From: Gemmatales bacterium
GTDB lineage: Bacteria > Planctomycetota > Planctomycetia > Gemmatales > HRBIN36
DNA length: 64,000 nucleotides
Direction of reading: 5' to 3'
NCBI GenBank assembly: GCA_041640595.1
Contig: JBEPZY010000001.1
Span: 1,088,001 to 1,152,000 of the forward strand
The first letter of the stretch is position 1. Each line of letters starts with the position of its first letter. Shown here in pieces: positions 9,929 to 20,115 of this stretch. The notes under the pieces were generated by a model, which worked only from the letters and a program-made list of their open reading frames with translations, searched no databases and was not told the DNA's origin. The translations under genes were made by a program, and so were the position numbers.

Positions 9929-11350
9929 TCAGGGCTCGGTGCGGAGAGGCTGGTAGGGCAAACCGCTGTAATCCGGCGGGGGAACCGGGCGAAGCTGGCG
10001 GGTAGCCCGCAGGAATCCCCAGGCTTCGCTGGTATCGGCAATAACTGTGCCAGGCTGAGCAGGTTTCTGCGTTACTCCTGCTGGCGGAGCGCTGACCTGT
10101 GAGACGGACTGCGATGGCTCAGGGCGTGACAGATGTGCGGGAGAAAACACCGCTGTGGCTCTGGATTCGTTATCACCAGCGCGGTTTGCTGCGGAAACGT
10201 TCGCCTGCTGTGGGTGTGCCTGCGATTGCGAAGCAGGAGAAGGATGCGCAGCCGCGGATGGAACCTGGCCCTCGGAAATGCCGGGCGAGTTTTTATGAGC
10301 AGGTCGCCAAATGCTCGCCGGCAGTTGCTCGACCGGAACCTGGCCAGCTATCTCAGCAAGGGCCGCGGCAATACGTCGCCGGGTCTCCGCATGCATCGGT
10401 GTTCCGAAGTGCCAGACATCCTGGCATTTGACATTGTCAGCGCCTTCAATGGCCCAACCGCCAAAGATCGGATCATTGGCGCGAATGTGGATAAGCCTGC
10501 GGACGTTTTCGGGACGATTGCGAGGTGCGTTGGTCAATGTTGCCCCACCGAGATAGACGAGTAACTCCACAGGAATGTTTTCGCGGTTGAGAGCTTGTGC
10601 GAGATCCCGGGCTGCCAAAGTACCGGCACTGAAACCGATAATTACCAGCCGTGCCTCCGGGTCGCGTTCCCGGATTTCTTCGATTACACGCTGGAAATAC
10701 CAGCGATGGTAGAATTGGCCGTACCAGCTCCTGGCAAAACCCAGGTCGCGGCAAAAGTCTCTTAATCCGCTCAGGTTGCCGAATTCCAGCGGATCGATCC
10801 CGTTGAGAAAGAACAGGTACACATGCTGTTTCGCTGCCAGGGGTAACTGACGGGCGAACTCAATTTCGTCGCTCGCCTCCTGACCAAGGGCCAGACACGG
10901 CACGACCAGCAGCAAAACGAGACCGATTCCGGCGTGGTAGCTTTTTCCCGTCGGGAAGAGGCACTTGCTCGCATTCGGGGCTATACTCGCCACACATTCG
11001 CTGGGCGCAGGACTGCTCAAAGTTCTGCCATTGCCGAGAAGTTGCATTAGCCTTGCCATTGCGGTTGGGGTTGGTGCCAAATGGTTACAAGCAGCGTCAG
11101 TACCGTCAGAGCGGCGATCGTTCGTGCTGAACATCGGCGTGACCGGCGAAGTATCGTTCAGCATTTGCAGCGACAAACCGACATCCGGCATCGAACAGGA
11201 GCCGGGTTTACAGCCTCTAACAACCAAACCCGGAAAACGAATTAAGCCGATGCACCCACACGCTTCAGCTTTGCCAATAATGCTGCAAGGGAATGTGAAT
11301 CGCTGGAGGCAATCTCTCAACCGCCAGTCCCGGCGAATTCGTCTTCGCAA
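9929..11350 (-). CDS. Hypothetical exported protein with alpha/beta-hydrolase-like core; true start probably well downstream of 11350
   Basis: Hydrophobic signal-like stretch followed by IIGFSAG (GxSxG) and a Pro/Ser/Gln-rich tail. Confidence 0.55.
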   Translation of the reverse strand: MRRRIRRDWRLRDCLQRFTFPCSIIGKAEACGCIGLIRFPGLVVRGCKPGSCSMPDVGLSLQMLNDTSPVTPMFSTNDRRSDGTDAACNHLAPTPTAMARLMQLLGNGRTLSSPAPSECVASIAPNASKCLFPTGKSYHAGIGLVLLLVVPCLALGQEASDEIEFARQLPLAAKQHVYLFFLNGIDPLEFGNLSGLRDFCRDLGFARSWYGQFYHRWYFQRVIEEIRERDPEARLVIIGFSAGTLAARDLAQALNRENIPVELLVYLGGATLTNAPRNRPENVRRLIHIRANDPIFGGWAIEGADNVKCQDVWHFGTPMHAETRRRIAAALAEIAGQVPVEQLPASIWRPAHKNSPGISEGQVPSAAAHPSPASQSQAHPQQANVSAANRAGDNESRATAVFSPAHLSRPEPSQSVSQVSAPPAGVTQKPAQPGTVIADTSEAWGFLRATRQLRPVPPPDYSGLPYQPLRTEP

Positions 11351-11568
11351 GTCGCCGGCTTGCGGTTAGCATTGTTTTTTGCCGAAAAAGCCATCAGGAC
11401 TGCTTATCGCCGACACCCCGAACGAGCGGGAAACGCACCGCGGCTAAAACCAGTAGAGCCTGTCGAAAACGCAGGCTTCAGGTCCCCGCAAAACTCCAAC
11501 TGGTCGGTGTCGGGTGTGCATCGCGCGAGGGCAGTCCGGATTGTGAAACCCACCCGAAAGTCTTCGCC

Positions 11569-12525
11569 ATGGCAAAAGAACGAAAAGCGTGGCTCGACCT
11601 GCTGATTTACTTAGCTGTTCGGCTGGTCGTGCTGGTGGTGCAAAGTGTACCGGTGAGCTGGGCGTATGCGCTGGGGCGAATGTTGGCGTGGCTTGGCTGG
11701 AAGCTGGATCATCGCCATCGAGAGGTAGCCCGTCAGAACCTGAGCCTGGCGTTCCCCGAGCAATTTTCGTCCAGCGAACTGGACGAGTTGGTGCGCGCGG
11801 TGTACCGCCATTTTGGCGAAATGCTGGTCGAATGTCTGCTTTTGCCACGTAAACTCTGGCCGACCACCTGGAGACGGTATATCGAACTGGGGAATTCGGC
11901 GGTTCCGCTGGCTCGAGCGCTTTTGTCGGGCCGACCCTGCTTGTTACTGACTGCCCACTACGGAAACTGGGAGCTGGCGAGTTACGTTCTCGGACTTTTC
12001 GGGTTTCGTAGCTGGGCAGTAGCTCGGCCTCTGGACAATCCCTGGCTCGACCGCTGGGTGCGACGGTTTCGTCAACGCACCGGGCAAAAGCTGCTGGCTA
12101 AGAAAGGCGAACTCGACCGCCTGACGGAACTGTTACGTCGGCGAGCGGTGGTGGCCATGCTGGTCGATCAGGATGCCGGTCCACGGGGATTGTTCGTGCC
12201 CTTTTTCGGGCGCTGGGCCTCGACTCATAAATCTCCCGCCTTATTAGCACTGGAACATAACGCGCTGGTGGTTACGGTCGCCGTCCGTCGGCTTGGACCG
12301 ATGCGCTATTGTGTGGAACTCGGCGAGATTCTCGAACCCGAAAACTTCCAGCATCTACCGCAGGCCCACTGGTTGCTGACAGCGGCATTGACGGCCAGTC
12401 TGGAAAAACTGATACGAAAGGACATCCGCCAGTATTTCTGGCTTCACCGCCGCTGGAAACACCAGCCCAGGCATGTACCGACAAGCCAGCCGCTTCGGGC
12501 CAGCCCAACTTTAATGGCCGGCTAA
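11569..12525 (+). CDS. Lipid A late acyltransferase (LpxL/HtrB family)
   Basis: TAHYGNWE, MLVDQD, VPFFG and QYFWLHRRWK motifs. Confidence 0.93.
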   Translation: MAKERKAWLDLLIYLAVRLVVLVVQSVPVSWAYALGRMLAWLGWKLDHRHREVARQNLSLAFPEQFSSSELDELVRAVYRHFGEMLVECLLLPRKLWPTTWRRYIELGNSAVPLARALLSGRPCLLLTAHYGNWELASYVLGLFGFRSWAVARPLDNPWLDRWVRRFRQRTGQKLLAKKGELDRLTELLRRRAVVAMLVDQDAGPRGLFVPFFGRWASTHKSPALLALEHNALVVTVAVRRLGPMRYCVELGEILEPENFQHLPQAHWLLTAALTASLEKLIRKDIRQYFWLHRRWKHQPRHVPTSQPLRASPTLMAG

Positions 12526-12749
12526 AGACCCATTGTGCATTTAGCCGAATCGCCGGCTAGCTGAGCGTTGGTTTGTTACACGGCTCTGAAGTCCGGGTAG
12601 TTTCTCGCAGTTGATGAATTGTCGCCGCCTGTCCAAACGGATGCCGGTAACGGATAGGGCATGGCTGGTTCCGCAAACTGGGCTGGCGGCGGTTGGTTCT
12701 AACAACCGGGGTTCGTATGGTGATCACCAGAGGTGTTTTTCACAGCGCT

Positions 12750-12778
12750 GGAATATTTTGCCGCTCCCAGGCGTCTAA
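12750..12778 (+). promoter_or_regulatory. Putative ECF-type autoregulatory promoter GGAATA-N16-CGTCTAA
   Basis: Lies just upstream of the SD and ATG of the ECF sigma gene and resembles the GGAA / CGTC bipartite ECF promoter pattern. Confidence 0.55.
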
Positions 12779-12797
12779 CTCTAATGGAGGAATCAGT

Positions 12798-13439
12798 ATG
12801 GGGTCGCCCGCGGAATCCGGCTGGGCCGACGTAATTGTCGCCCAACATTACCAGGGGCTTTATCGGTATGCTTATCGCTTGAGCGGCTCGGCCACGGAAG
12901 CGGAAGACCTGACGCAGGAAACTTTTGTGCGGGCATTCTCGCACCGCCGGCAATTGCGCCATGTCGAGCGGGTGCGCCCCTGGCTTTATAGCATCCTCCG
13001 CAACGAGTACCTGCGTCGCTGCCGACAGCAACAGCAGCGCGGCCCAACGATTTCACTCGACGACACCGATGACCTGGCTGAACGTCTTCCCGCTCCGCCA
13101 ACGAACATTGATGCCGAACTGCTGCAACAGGCGTTGTTACAATTGCCCGAGGAGTTTCGCACACCCCTGATCTTGCTTTACTGGGAAGATTTCCAGTATC
13201 AGGAGATTGCGGAATTGATGAATATTCCCATGGGCACGGTGATGTCGCGGATCTGGCGAGCCAAACGCTGGCTCAAACGTTACCTGACCAGCAAAAGCTC
13301 AACCGGTTTGGCTGCCGGCGATGGTCGTCCTGAGGCCTTGAGCGATCGGTTGCCATCATCTGTAAGCAACCCCGAAAGGGTGGGCCTGGCTGAAGACAGA
13401 ACGGTTTACGGACAGCGGAGGGGCGAAAATGTCATGTGA
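12798..13439 (+). CDS. ECF RNA polymerase sigma factor
   Basis: AEDLTQETFVRAF, WLYSILRN and YQEIAELMNIPMGTVMSRIWRA; GGAGG SD before ATG 12798. Confidence 0.95.
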   Translation: MGSPAESGWADVIVAQHYQGLYRYAYRLSGSATEAEDLTQETFVRAFSHRRQLRHVERVRPWLYSILRNEYLRRCRQQQQRGPTISLDDTDDLAERLPAPPTNIDAELLQQALLQLPEEFRTPLILLYWEDFQYQEIAELMNIPMGTVMSRIWRAKRWLKRYLTSKSSTGLAAGDGRPEALSDRLPSSVSNPERVGLAEDRTVYGQRRGENVM

Positions 13440-14154
13440 ACTCCTGCGTGCCTTGCAAATGCTGGCCCGACCCTGGGCCCGCGAATTCACACAGCCAGAA
13501 AGCGAATGGCTGCACCAGCATTTCGAACGCTGCTCCAGTTGTGCGGCTTGGTGGCAACAGGAACAGGCTTGGGACCAGCAGTTGCATCAGGCCATGACGA
13601 ACGTGGCTGTTCCGGCAGACCTGATGGGACGCATTCACGAGCGGTTACGGCAGGAAAAGCGTTACCAACTCCGTCCCAAAGTGCTGCAGCTTGCTCTGGC
13701 GGCACTGGTCCTGCTAGCGGTTACGGTAAGCCTGAGCTGGTACACAATTTTCCTGGTGCGTCCCCTGGATCTAGCAGCGCTAACCGGGCCGATCCCGTTG
13801 CCGGAAAACATCGGTAGCGAAACTGTTGCCGCCCTGCTGGAAGAGCACGGCATTAGTTTACCCGACGAGCTCCGTCGCCGCTGGGACTTCCGCCATCTCA
13901 AAGCGATTTATTACACCTACGAACAGGGGCGCTGGTTGTGTAACCTCGAATTCCGCCGCGATGATGCTTCTGCGCATGTGGTTGTCAAACTCATTCCCCG
14001 GCGCTGGTGTCGTCCGGATCAGCTTGAAGAATTCCGTCATCGGCCAGGAACAGCCGTGCTGGGCATCGAAGAAGGCGGGCCCTATGTGGCATTCGTCATT
14101 GGTCAGCCAGGGCACATCGCCAGCTTTTACCAGAAAGGCGATCCCACAGGTTAG
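13429..14154 (+). CDS. Zinc-binding (ZAS) membrane-anchored anti-sigma factor
   Basis: HFERCSSC (HxxxCxxC), one TM helix, overlaps the ECF sigma stop. Confidence 0.85.
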   Translation: MSCELLRALQMLARPWAREFTQPESEWLHQHFERCSSCAAWWQQEQAWDQQLHQAMTNVAVPADLMGRIHERLRQEKRYQLRPKVLQLALAALVLLAVTVSLSWYTIFLVRPLDLAALTGPIPLPENIGSETVAALLEEHGISLPDELRRRWDFRHLKAIYYTYEQGRWLCNLEFRRDDASAHVVVKLIPRRWCRPDQLEEFRHRPGTAVLGIEEGGPYVAFVIGQPGHIASFYQKGDPTG

Positions 14155-14187
14155 CTGACTTGCGGCCCCATAAAGTTTGCCAGCCGC

Positions 14188-15099
14188 TTACTCGGCGAAG
14201 AGGGCTTCGACGTAGGCTTCTGGATCAAATACCGCCAGGTCTTCGAGTTTCTCGCCCACGCCAACAAATTTCACCGGCAAACCGACGCGCTGGCGGATAG
14301 GAATAATCGCTCCTCCTTTTGCCGTGCCGTCTAGTTTGGCCAGAATGATGCCGGTGCATTGAATCGCCTTTTTGAAAGCCTCAGCCTGTTGAATGGCGTT
14401 CTGGCCGTTGGTGGCATCTAAAACCAGCAGCACTTCGTGCGGAGCACCGGGGATCTGGCGGGCAAGAACCCGGCGGATTTTCTCCAGCTGCCGCATCAAA
14501 TTTTCCTGCGTTTGCAAACGACCGGCAGTGTCCACGATGACCACATCCATGCCGCGTGCTACTGCCGCTTCGCAGGCATTGTGAGCTACTGCCCCCGGAT
14601 CGCTGCCATGTTCCCCTTTGACGATATCGCAGCCGATCCGCTGGCTCCAGACGGTGAGTTGTTCAACTGCCGCTGCACGAAACGTGTCGCCCGCCGCTAA
14701 AAGAACCTTTTTGCCCTGCTGCTTGAGCCAGTGAGCCAGCTTGGCGATGGAAGTAGTTTTCCCGCTGCCGTTGACGCCGGCGACGAGGATCACCGTTGGC
14801 CCTTCGGGGTTGAAATGCAGCGAGCGATCGCTGTGATTGAGGAGCTGCACGAGCTCTTTCTTGACAAACGCCAGCACATCTTCACTGATTTCGCGGTCGA
14901 GAAAGGCCTGACGGACTCGCTGAACGATCTGCGCCGTGGCGGCCGGGCCGACGTCGGCGAGATAAAGCGTCTCTTCCAGCCGTGCCAGGAATTCCTTGTC
15001 CACTTTGCCCTTGAGACGGAACAAGGACGCCAGCCGCCCGAAAATCTGTCGGGTTTTCGCCAACCCTTGCTTGATCTTGTTCCACAGCCCGCTGAGCAT
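14188..15099 (-). CDS. ftsY: Signal recognition particle receptor FtsY
   Basis: GVNGSGKTT, DTFRAAA, DTAGR and KLDGTAKGG motifs. Confidence 0.98.
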   Translation of the reverse strand: MLSGLWNKIKQGLAKTRQIFGRLASLFRLKGKVDKEFLARLEETLYLADVGPAATAQIVQRVRQAFLDREISEDVLAFVKKELVQLLNHSDRSLHFNPEGPTVILVAGVNGSGKTTSIAKLAHWLKQQGKKVLLAAGDTFRAAAVEQLTVWSQRIGCDIVKGEHGSDPGAVAHNACEAAVARGMDVVIVDTAGRLQTQENLMRQLEKIRRVLARQIPGAPHEVLLVLDATNGQNAIQQAEAFKKAIQCTGIILAKLDGTAKGGAIIPIRQRVGLPVKFVGVGEKLEDLAVFDPEAYVEALFAE

Positions 15100-15253
15100 G
15101 GTTAGTTGAAGGTCTTTCTGCGACTAGTTACGGTGCGAAAGCTTTTCATCCATCACCCGCCCGGTCATCCATCGCCCGCCCGCGAAGCGATCTGGTGCAA
15201 GCTCCGGTTGCCAGCCATCAGCAGTTCCCGCACAATTCCTATCGGCTTTCGAG

Positions 15254-15667
15254 TCATTGGCCCTGGCGGCAGGTCTGAGCGAGGCGGTCGAGTATGGCAT
15301 TGACAAACGCGGACGAATCGGAAGTCCCGTAGCGTTTCGCCAGTTCAATCGCCTCATCAATGATGACACGGGTCGGGGTGTCCGGGCAAAAAAGCAATTC
15401 ATACGCGCCCAGACGCAGAATGTTGCGATCGACGGCATTCATGCGTTCGATTCGCCAGTTTTCGGCAATACGGCCGAGGTGTTCGTCAATCTCTGGCCGG
15501 TGAGTAAGGGTACCCTGGTACAACTGTTCTGCGAAGGCGATCAAATCTTCCTGTCTCAGCCGGCGCCACAAAAATTGCTGGACACGCTGCCGGTCCAGTT
15601 GCGGATGGAGGTCCGCCTGGTAAAGAATCTGTAAGGCGACTTCTCGGGCACGATGGCGTCGGGTCAT
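15254..15667 (-). CDS. nusB: Transcription antitermination factor NusB
   Basis: RHRAREVALQILY, DRNILRLG, IDEAIELAKRYG and FVNAILD motifs. Confidence 0.98.
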   Translation of the reverse strand: MTRRHRAREVALQILYQADLHPQLDRQRVQQFLWRRLRQEDLIAFAEQLYQGTLTHRPEIDEHLGRIAENWRIERMNAVDRNILRLGAYELLFCPDTPTRVIIDEAIELAKRYGTSDSSAFVNAILDRLAQTCRQGQ

Positions 15668-15898
15668 CCCAGGTTTCTCACCGGGGTAGATACAAGCCTG
15701 CCGCAGGCTGCGTCATGTTCCGCTTTCCGCGGGGACCTGCCCGCTCAAAAGCGGACTCGGTGCGTCCTTCCTGCTGGTCGGCTTGTGCGCCATTCTATAC
15801 ATCGTGTTTACCGACCTGATAGCCTAGCGGCGCGAGAAATTTCTCCCAGCCAGCTTACCCCTTGTGAAGCTGATGGACGAAAGAGAGAGTGCCTCAAC

Positions 15899-16738
15899 AT
15901 GCATCGCCTTCCGACTGGTGTGTGCATTTTTATCCTGTTTTTGGCTGCTTGCCAATCGCAACCCGATTCAGCGCAAACAACCGGCGAAACCAACTCGGTA
16001 GTTGATTCAGGCCAATCGAGCCGCTTGCTGATTGCAGCCGCTGCTGATTTGCGCTTTGCTCTTCCCGAGCTCAATGATGCGTTCAACAAGCTCCACCCGA
16101 CGGTGAAGATGGAAACCATCTTCGGGGCTTCCGGAAGTCTGGCAGCACAGATCGAAAACGGCCTGCCCGCCGACGTGTTTCTTTGCGCTGATGAGAGGTA
16201 TCCGCAAAGGCTGATCCAGGCCGGTCTGGCCGCGCCTCAGGATTATTTCCGCTACGCACGGGGACAGCTGGCGCTGTGTATCCCGGCCAATTCGACTCTC
16301 GCTAAGCAGTCCGATGGCATCACGTTGCTCACGAAATCCGGTATTGGTCGCCTAGCTATTGCCAATCCACGCACGGCACCTTACGGGCAGGCGGCTATGG
16401 CTTTGCTGGAAAAGCTAAATCTGGCCGAGGTTTACCGAAATCGGCTGCTTCTGGCTGACAACGTCATGCAAGCATTGCAGTTTGCTGAAAGCGGCAACGC
16501 CGATGCCGCGATCGTGAGCAAGTCGTTGGCCCTGGCCGCAGATAAAGCAACACGCTGGCTCGAGATTCCTGAGGAGTTTTACCCACCCATAATCCAGGGG
16601 GGAGTCCTACTGAAGAAAACATCGGCGCGACAGCTAGCTCAGCAGTGGCGTGATTTCTTGCTCAGCCCCGCTGGCCAGGCTGTGCTAAGCCGCTACGGAT
16701 ACACATCGCCCGACTCGACGACTTCAAGCTCGCCGTGA
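15899..16738 (+). CDS. modA: Molybdate ABC transporter substrate-binding lipoprotein
   Basis: Lipobox LAAC; AAADL, FGASGSLAAQIENG and IANPRTAPYG motifs. Confidence 0.93.
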   Translation: MHRLPTGVCIFILFLAACQSQPDSAQTTGETNSVVDSGQSSRLLIAAAADLRFALPELNDAFNKLHPTVKMETIFGASGSLAAQIENGLPADVFLCADERYPQRLIQAGLAAPQDYFRYARGQLALCIPANSTLAKQSDGITLLTKSGIGRLAIANPRTAPYGQAAMALLEKLNLAEVYRNRLLLADNVMQALQFAESGNADAAIVSKSLALAADKATRWLEIPEEFYPPIIQGGVLLKKTSARQLAQQWRDFLLSPAGQAVLSRYGYTSPDSTTSSSP

Positions 16739-16742
16739 AATT

Positions 16743-16888
16743 GCCGGGCGGTTGTACACGAATCAAGGATGCGTTTCCCGGCTTGCTTGAGCGAGTCCGT
16801 GGTATAGCCGGCCAGTTGTACACAAATAATGGGCACATTTTCCGCCTGCCATAGCCTAAATAAGCGGATTTTCCGTCTGCCATAGCCT
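16743..16888. repeat. Two pairs of 21-bp imperfect direct repeats in the modA-modB spacer
   Basis: 16743-16763 vs 16807-16827 match at 18/21; 16837-16857 vs 16868-16888 match at 20/21. Confidence 0.8.
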
Positions 16889-16913
16889 GGTCGAACCGCA
16901 TGGAGAATGCACT

Positions 16914-17579
16914 GTGATTGACTGGCAAGCCCTGTGGTTGACATTACAACTGGGATGCTGGACAACGGTCATCGTGTTTTTGCTGGGATTGCCGCTGGCC
17001 TACTGGCTGGCCAGTGGGCAGTCGTGGTTACGAACTGTCTGCGGCTTGCTTCTCACGAGTCCGATAGTCTTGCCGCCTACCGTTCTGGGATTTTATTTGC
17101 TTGTCGCTCTGGGACCTCGCAGTCCTGTAGGACAATGGTGCGAATGGACTTTCGGTCAAACCCTGCCGTTTACTTTTCCCGGTCTAGTTACGGCCCTGGT
17201 CATCGCCAATCTCCCGTATGCCTTGCGTCCGTTCGTGGCTGGGTTCACTCGCGTGGAGCGACAACTGGTTGAATCGGCGTGGTGTTTGGGAGCTTCGCGG
17301 TGGCGCACCTTCTGGCGAATCACTTTCCCGCTCGCCATGCCCGGAATTGTCTCCGGCTTGGTGCTGGTTTTTGCCCATGCTGTCGGCGAGTTTGGCGTGG
17401 TGCTGATGGTCGGAGGCAACCGGCCCGGCATTACTCGCACACTTTCCATTGCCATTTACGAGGAAGTCCAGGCACTGGATTACACACGGGCCTGGTACAG
17501 TTCCCTCGTGCTGCTGACGGTAGCACTCGTTGCACTGGGCATCCTCAGCTGGGCTGAACAGCGATTGCGGAAACAGTGA
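16914..17579 (+). CDS. modB: Molybdate ABC transporter permease
   Basis: PIVLPPTVLGFYLL, EAA-like loop and GEFGVVLMVGGN motifs. Confidence 0.95.
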   Translation: MIDWQALWLTLQLGCWTTVIVFLLGLPLAYWLASGQSWLRTVCGLLLTSPIVLPPTVLGFYLLVALGPRSPVGQWCEWTFGQTLPFTFPGLVTALVIANLPYALRPFVAGFTRVERQLVESAWCLGASRWRTFWRITFPLAMPGIVSGLVLVFAHAVGEFGVVLMVGGNRPGITRTLSIAIYEEVQALDYTRAWYSSLVLLTVALVALGILSWAEQRLRKQ

Positions 17580-17583
17580 GCAC

Positions 17584-18024
17584 CTAGCTTGGCACGCTGC
17601 GACGCCGCCACAACACGCGATCCAGTGCGAACATACCCGGGCCGGTCAGCATCAACGCGATATACACCGTCAGGTACACGCAGGCTAGTTCGCGTTTCGC
17701 CCACTCATCAGCCGCATGAATCACCATCACTGCCACCAGCATATTGATGATCAGGGGCACCAGAGCCAATCGCGTCAACAAGCCAATCGTCACGAGAGCG
17801 GAGCAAAATACCTCCGCAAAAACGCACAACGCCAGACTGATTCCCGGCCCGAGCCCGATCGGGTCGGGGAACTTTTCCCGTACCTGGCCAAAGTGAATGA
17901 GCTTGTCCCAACCATGACCCAGCAACATCATCAGCCCAAATCCAGCCCGCAAGACCAGCAGGCCAAGGTGAAGCAACACCTGATCGATAGCGTAGTTTAG
18001 GCGCGTCGCCCATTGGCTGAACAT
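17584..18024 (-). CDS. DoxX family membrane protein
   Basis: LLVLR...HGWDK, FPDPIG, AEVFC, GLLTR and GPG motifs; GAGGAG SD before ATG 18024. Confidence 0.92.
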   Translation of the reverse strand: MFSQWATRLNYAIDQVLLHLGLLVLRAGFGLMMLLGHGWDKLIHFGQVREKFPDPIGLGPGISLALCVFAEVFCSALVTIGLLTRLALVPLIINMLVAVMVIHAADEWAKRELACVYLTVYIALMLTGPGMFALDRVLWRRRSVPS

Positions 18025-18136
18025 GATTTGCTCCTCGTGAAAGGCCTGCATGTATGCTTGGGGTCGGCAGTGTAACAATGTAGCATTGCTTTTCGTTAAA
18101 ATAGCAACACAACGCCTGTTTGCCAAACTGGGAGCA

Positions 18137-19597
18137 ATGACGCTTATGCACTGGCTCTTGCTGATGGTCTGTGTCCTCGCTCTCTTGCCCGACATGCCGC
18201 AGGGCATTATCTCCCATCCCTGGTTCTCGGCAGCGGGTACGTGGGGACCAGTCGCTGTTACAACAGTCGCGGCAGTGATTCTCGGTAATAAGTTTGGCCG
18301 CCGCAAACGCACTCTCACCGGTGCCCGATACCGCTGGTACCGCGCCTTGCGTTTTACCCTCGGATTGACGGTCATGCTCAATCAGGTGGTTGCATTGATG
18401 GTCTTCGATTGGGGCAATGTGGTGCGCGAACGTTACCACTTGGGCAACTGGTGGCTGGTAGATGAGCTTTGTCTTATTGCCCCCTTGGTGGTGGGATTAT
18501 GTAGTTTCTGGTGGGGCATCTACCCTGCCGAGAAGGCGTTGCATAAGAGTTCCGACCCACCCGACTCGGTAACATTCTGGTCGCGTCGGGACTATGTGCT
18601 CTTTCAAATGCGGGTGCATCTTGGCCTGATGCTGTTGCCGATGCTGCTGTATGTGAGTGTGCAAGACCTGGCCACCCGATTGTCACCAGGATTGTTACAA
18701 CTGCCGGGACAACTTAGCTGGTGGTGGCTTGCTGTGAGTGTGATTTCAACAGCAGGTACGCTCGCGATTTTGCCTTGGGTGCTGGTGCGAGTTTGGGGCA
18801 CCCGCTCTTTGCCCGCGGGACCTGTGCGGGACCTGTTACAGGTCACTGCTCGCCGACTTGGATTTCGATGTACCGACCTTCGCGTCTGGCACACGCGCCA
18901 TAACGTCGCCAATGCGATGGTGACCGGCATTCTCCCCTGGCCTCGCTACATCATTTTGAGCGATGCGCTCATCGAAGGTCTTACTCCTGAGGAACTGGTG
19001 GCGGTGCTGGGTCACGAAATCGGTCATGTTCGCCGTTGCCACATGCTGCTTTACGTCCTGGTAATGACGCTGGCACTGTTTTCCGGTGGCTTGCTCTTAC
19101 AGCGGTACACACCGGACTTGCAGGTGAACTGGGTGACCATGACCTTGCACTTTACGGATAACAAACACTGGCGACACTGGTTGCAGTTACTCTTTTCGCT
19201 CACTGCCATGGGGGTTTACGTATGGCTGGTTTTTGGGTTTATCTCACGGCGATGCGAACGGGAGGCGGATGTTTACGGCTGCCTGGCAGCTTCTTGTAAC
19301 CAACCGGTGTGCCTCGGCTTTCACATTGGCACTTTTTTCCTGGATGAGAAACCGTCGCACCTGTGTCCAACAGGCGTACAGACTTTCATACGTGCTCTGG
19401 AAAAAGTTGCCGACCTCAACGGTATCCCCAAAAACCAGTGGACCTGGCGGCACGGCAGTATCGCGCAGCGCATTGCTTATTTACAAAGGCTGATAACTGC
19501 GGCGCCGCGATCGGTCGCGTTGCCCCGCTATAGCTGGATACCGCAATGGGGACTACTCGGCCTTCTGGCCGGCATTTCGCTGCTACTCTGCCTGTGA
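18137..19597 (+). CDS. M48 family (HtpX/Ste24-like) membrane metallopeptidase
   Basis: NAMVTG, VLGHEIGH, EREAD and HGSIAQRI motifs; multiple TM segments. Confidence 0.92.
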   Translation: MTLMHWLLLMVCVLALLPDMPQGIISHPWFSAAGTWGPVAVTTVAAVILGNKFGRRKRTLTGARYRWYRALRFTLGLTVMLNQVVALMVFDWGNVVRERYHLGNWWLVDELCLIAPLVVGLCSFWWGIYPAEKALHKSSDPPDSVTFWSRRDYVLFQMRVHLGLMLLPMLLYVSVQDLATRLSPGLLQLPGQLSWWWLAVSVISTAGTLAILPWVLVRVWGTRSLPAGPVRDLLQVTARRLGFRCTDLRVWHTRHNVANAMVTGILPWPRYIILSDALIEGLTPEELVAVLGHEIGHVRRCHMLLYVLVMTLALFSGGLLLQRYTPDLQVNWVTMTLHFTDNKHWRHWLQLLFSLTAMGVYVWLVFGFISRRCEREADVYGCLAASCNQPVCLGFHIGTFFLDEKPSHLCPTGVQTFIRALEKVADLNGIPKNQWTWRHGSIAQRIAYLQRLITAAPRSVALPRYSWIPQWGLLGLLAGISLLLCL

Positions 19598-19625
19598 GAA
19601 GGATTGACTGCTAACGAGAAAACGA

Positions 19626-20114
19626 ATGTTCGAGGTATTTGAGCATACAGCCGACCTGGGATTGCGCGTGCAGGCCCAACAACTGGATGACCTGTTTGCT
19701 GAGGCCGGACGCGCTCTTTTCAGCGTGATCGTCGAGAATCTGCATGAGGTTCAACCTCGCCAGTCTTACCCTGTCCAGCTTCAGGAAAACACTCTGGAAT
19801 ATCTGTTTTTCGACTGGCTTGACACGCTCTTATACCTTTTCGATGCGAAAAAGCTCCTGCTGCGTGAATTTGAAGTGCAGGTAATGCAGTCGGCACAAGA
19901 TGCTAGCGAAACCGGTCCAGGTGGTCGCGAGCCGGGTCTTACGAACCCGCATAGTCCTGCCGGAATGTGGAAGCTGACCGCCATGGTGCGCGGCGAGCCG
20001 CTCGATCGCACCCGTCATCAACTTGACCACGAAGTCAAAGCGATCACCTATCACGGTCTGAAAGTAGAACGCACTGCCGATGGCTGGTTAGCGGAAGTCA
20101 TCGTGGACATTTAG
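19626..20114 (+). CDS. Archease
   Basis: FEHTADLG N-terminus and EVKAITYHGL...VDI C-terminus. Confidence 0.96.
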   Translation: MFEVFEHTADLGLRVQAQQLDDLFAEAGRALFSVIVENLHEVQPRQSYPVQLQENTLEYLFFDWLDTLLYLFDAKKLLLREFEVQVMQSAQDASETGPGGREPGLTNPHSPAGMWKLTAMVRGEPLDRTRHQLDHEVKAITYHGLKVERTADGWLAEVIVDI

Positions 20115-20115
20115 G

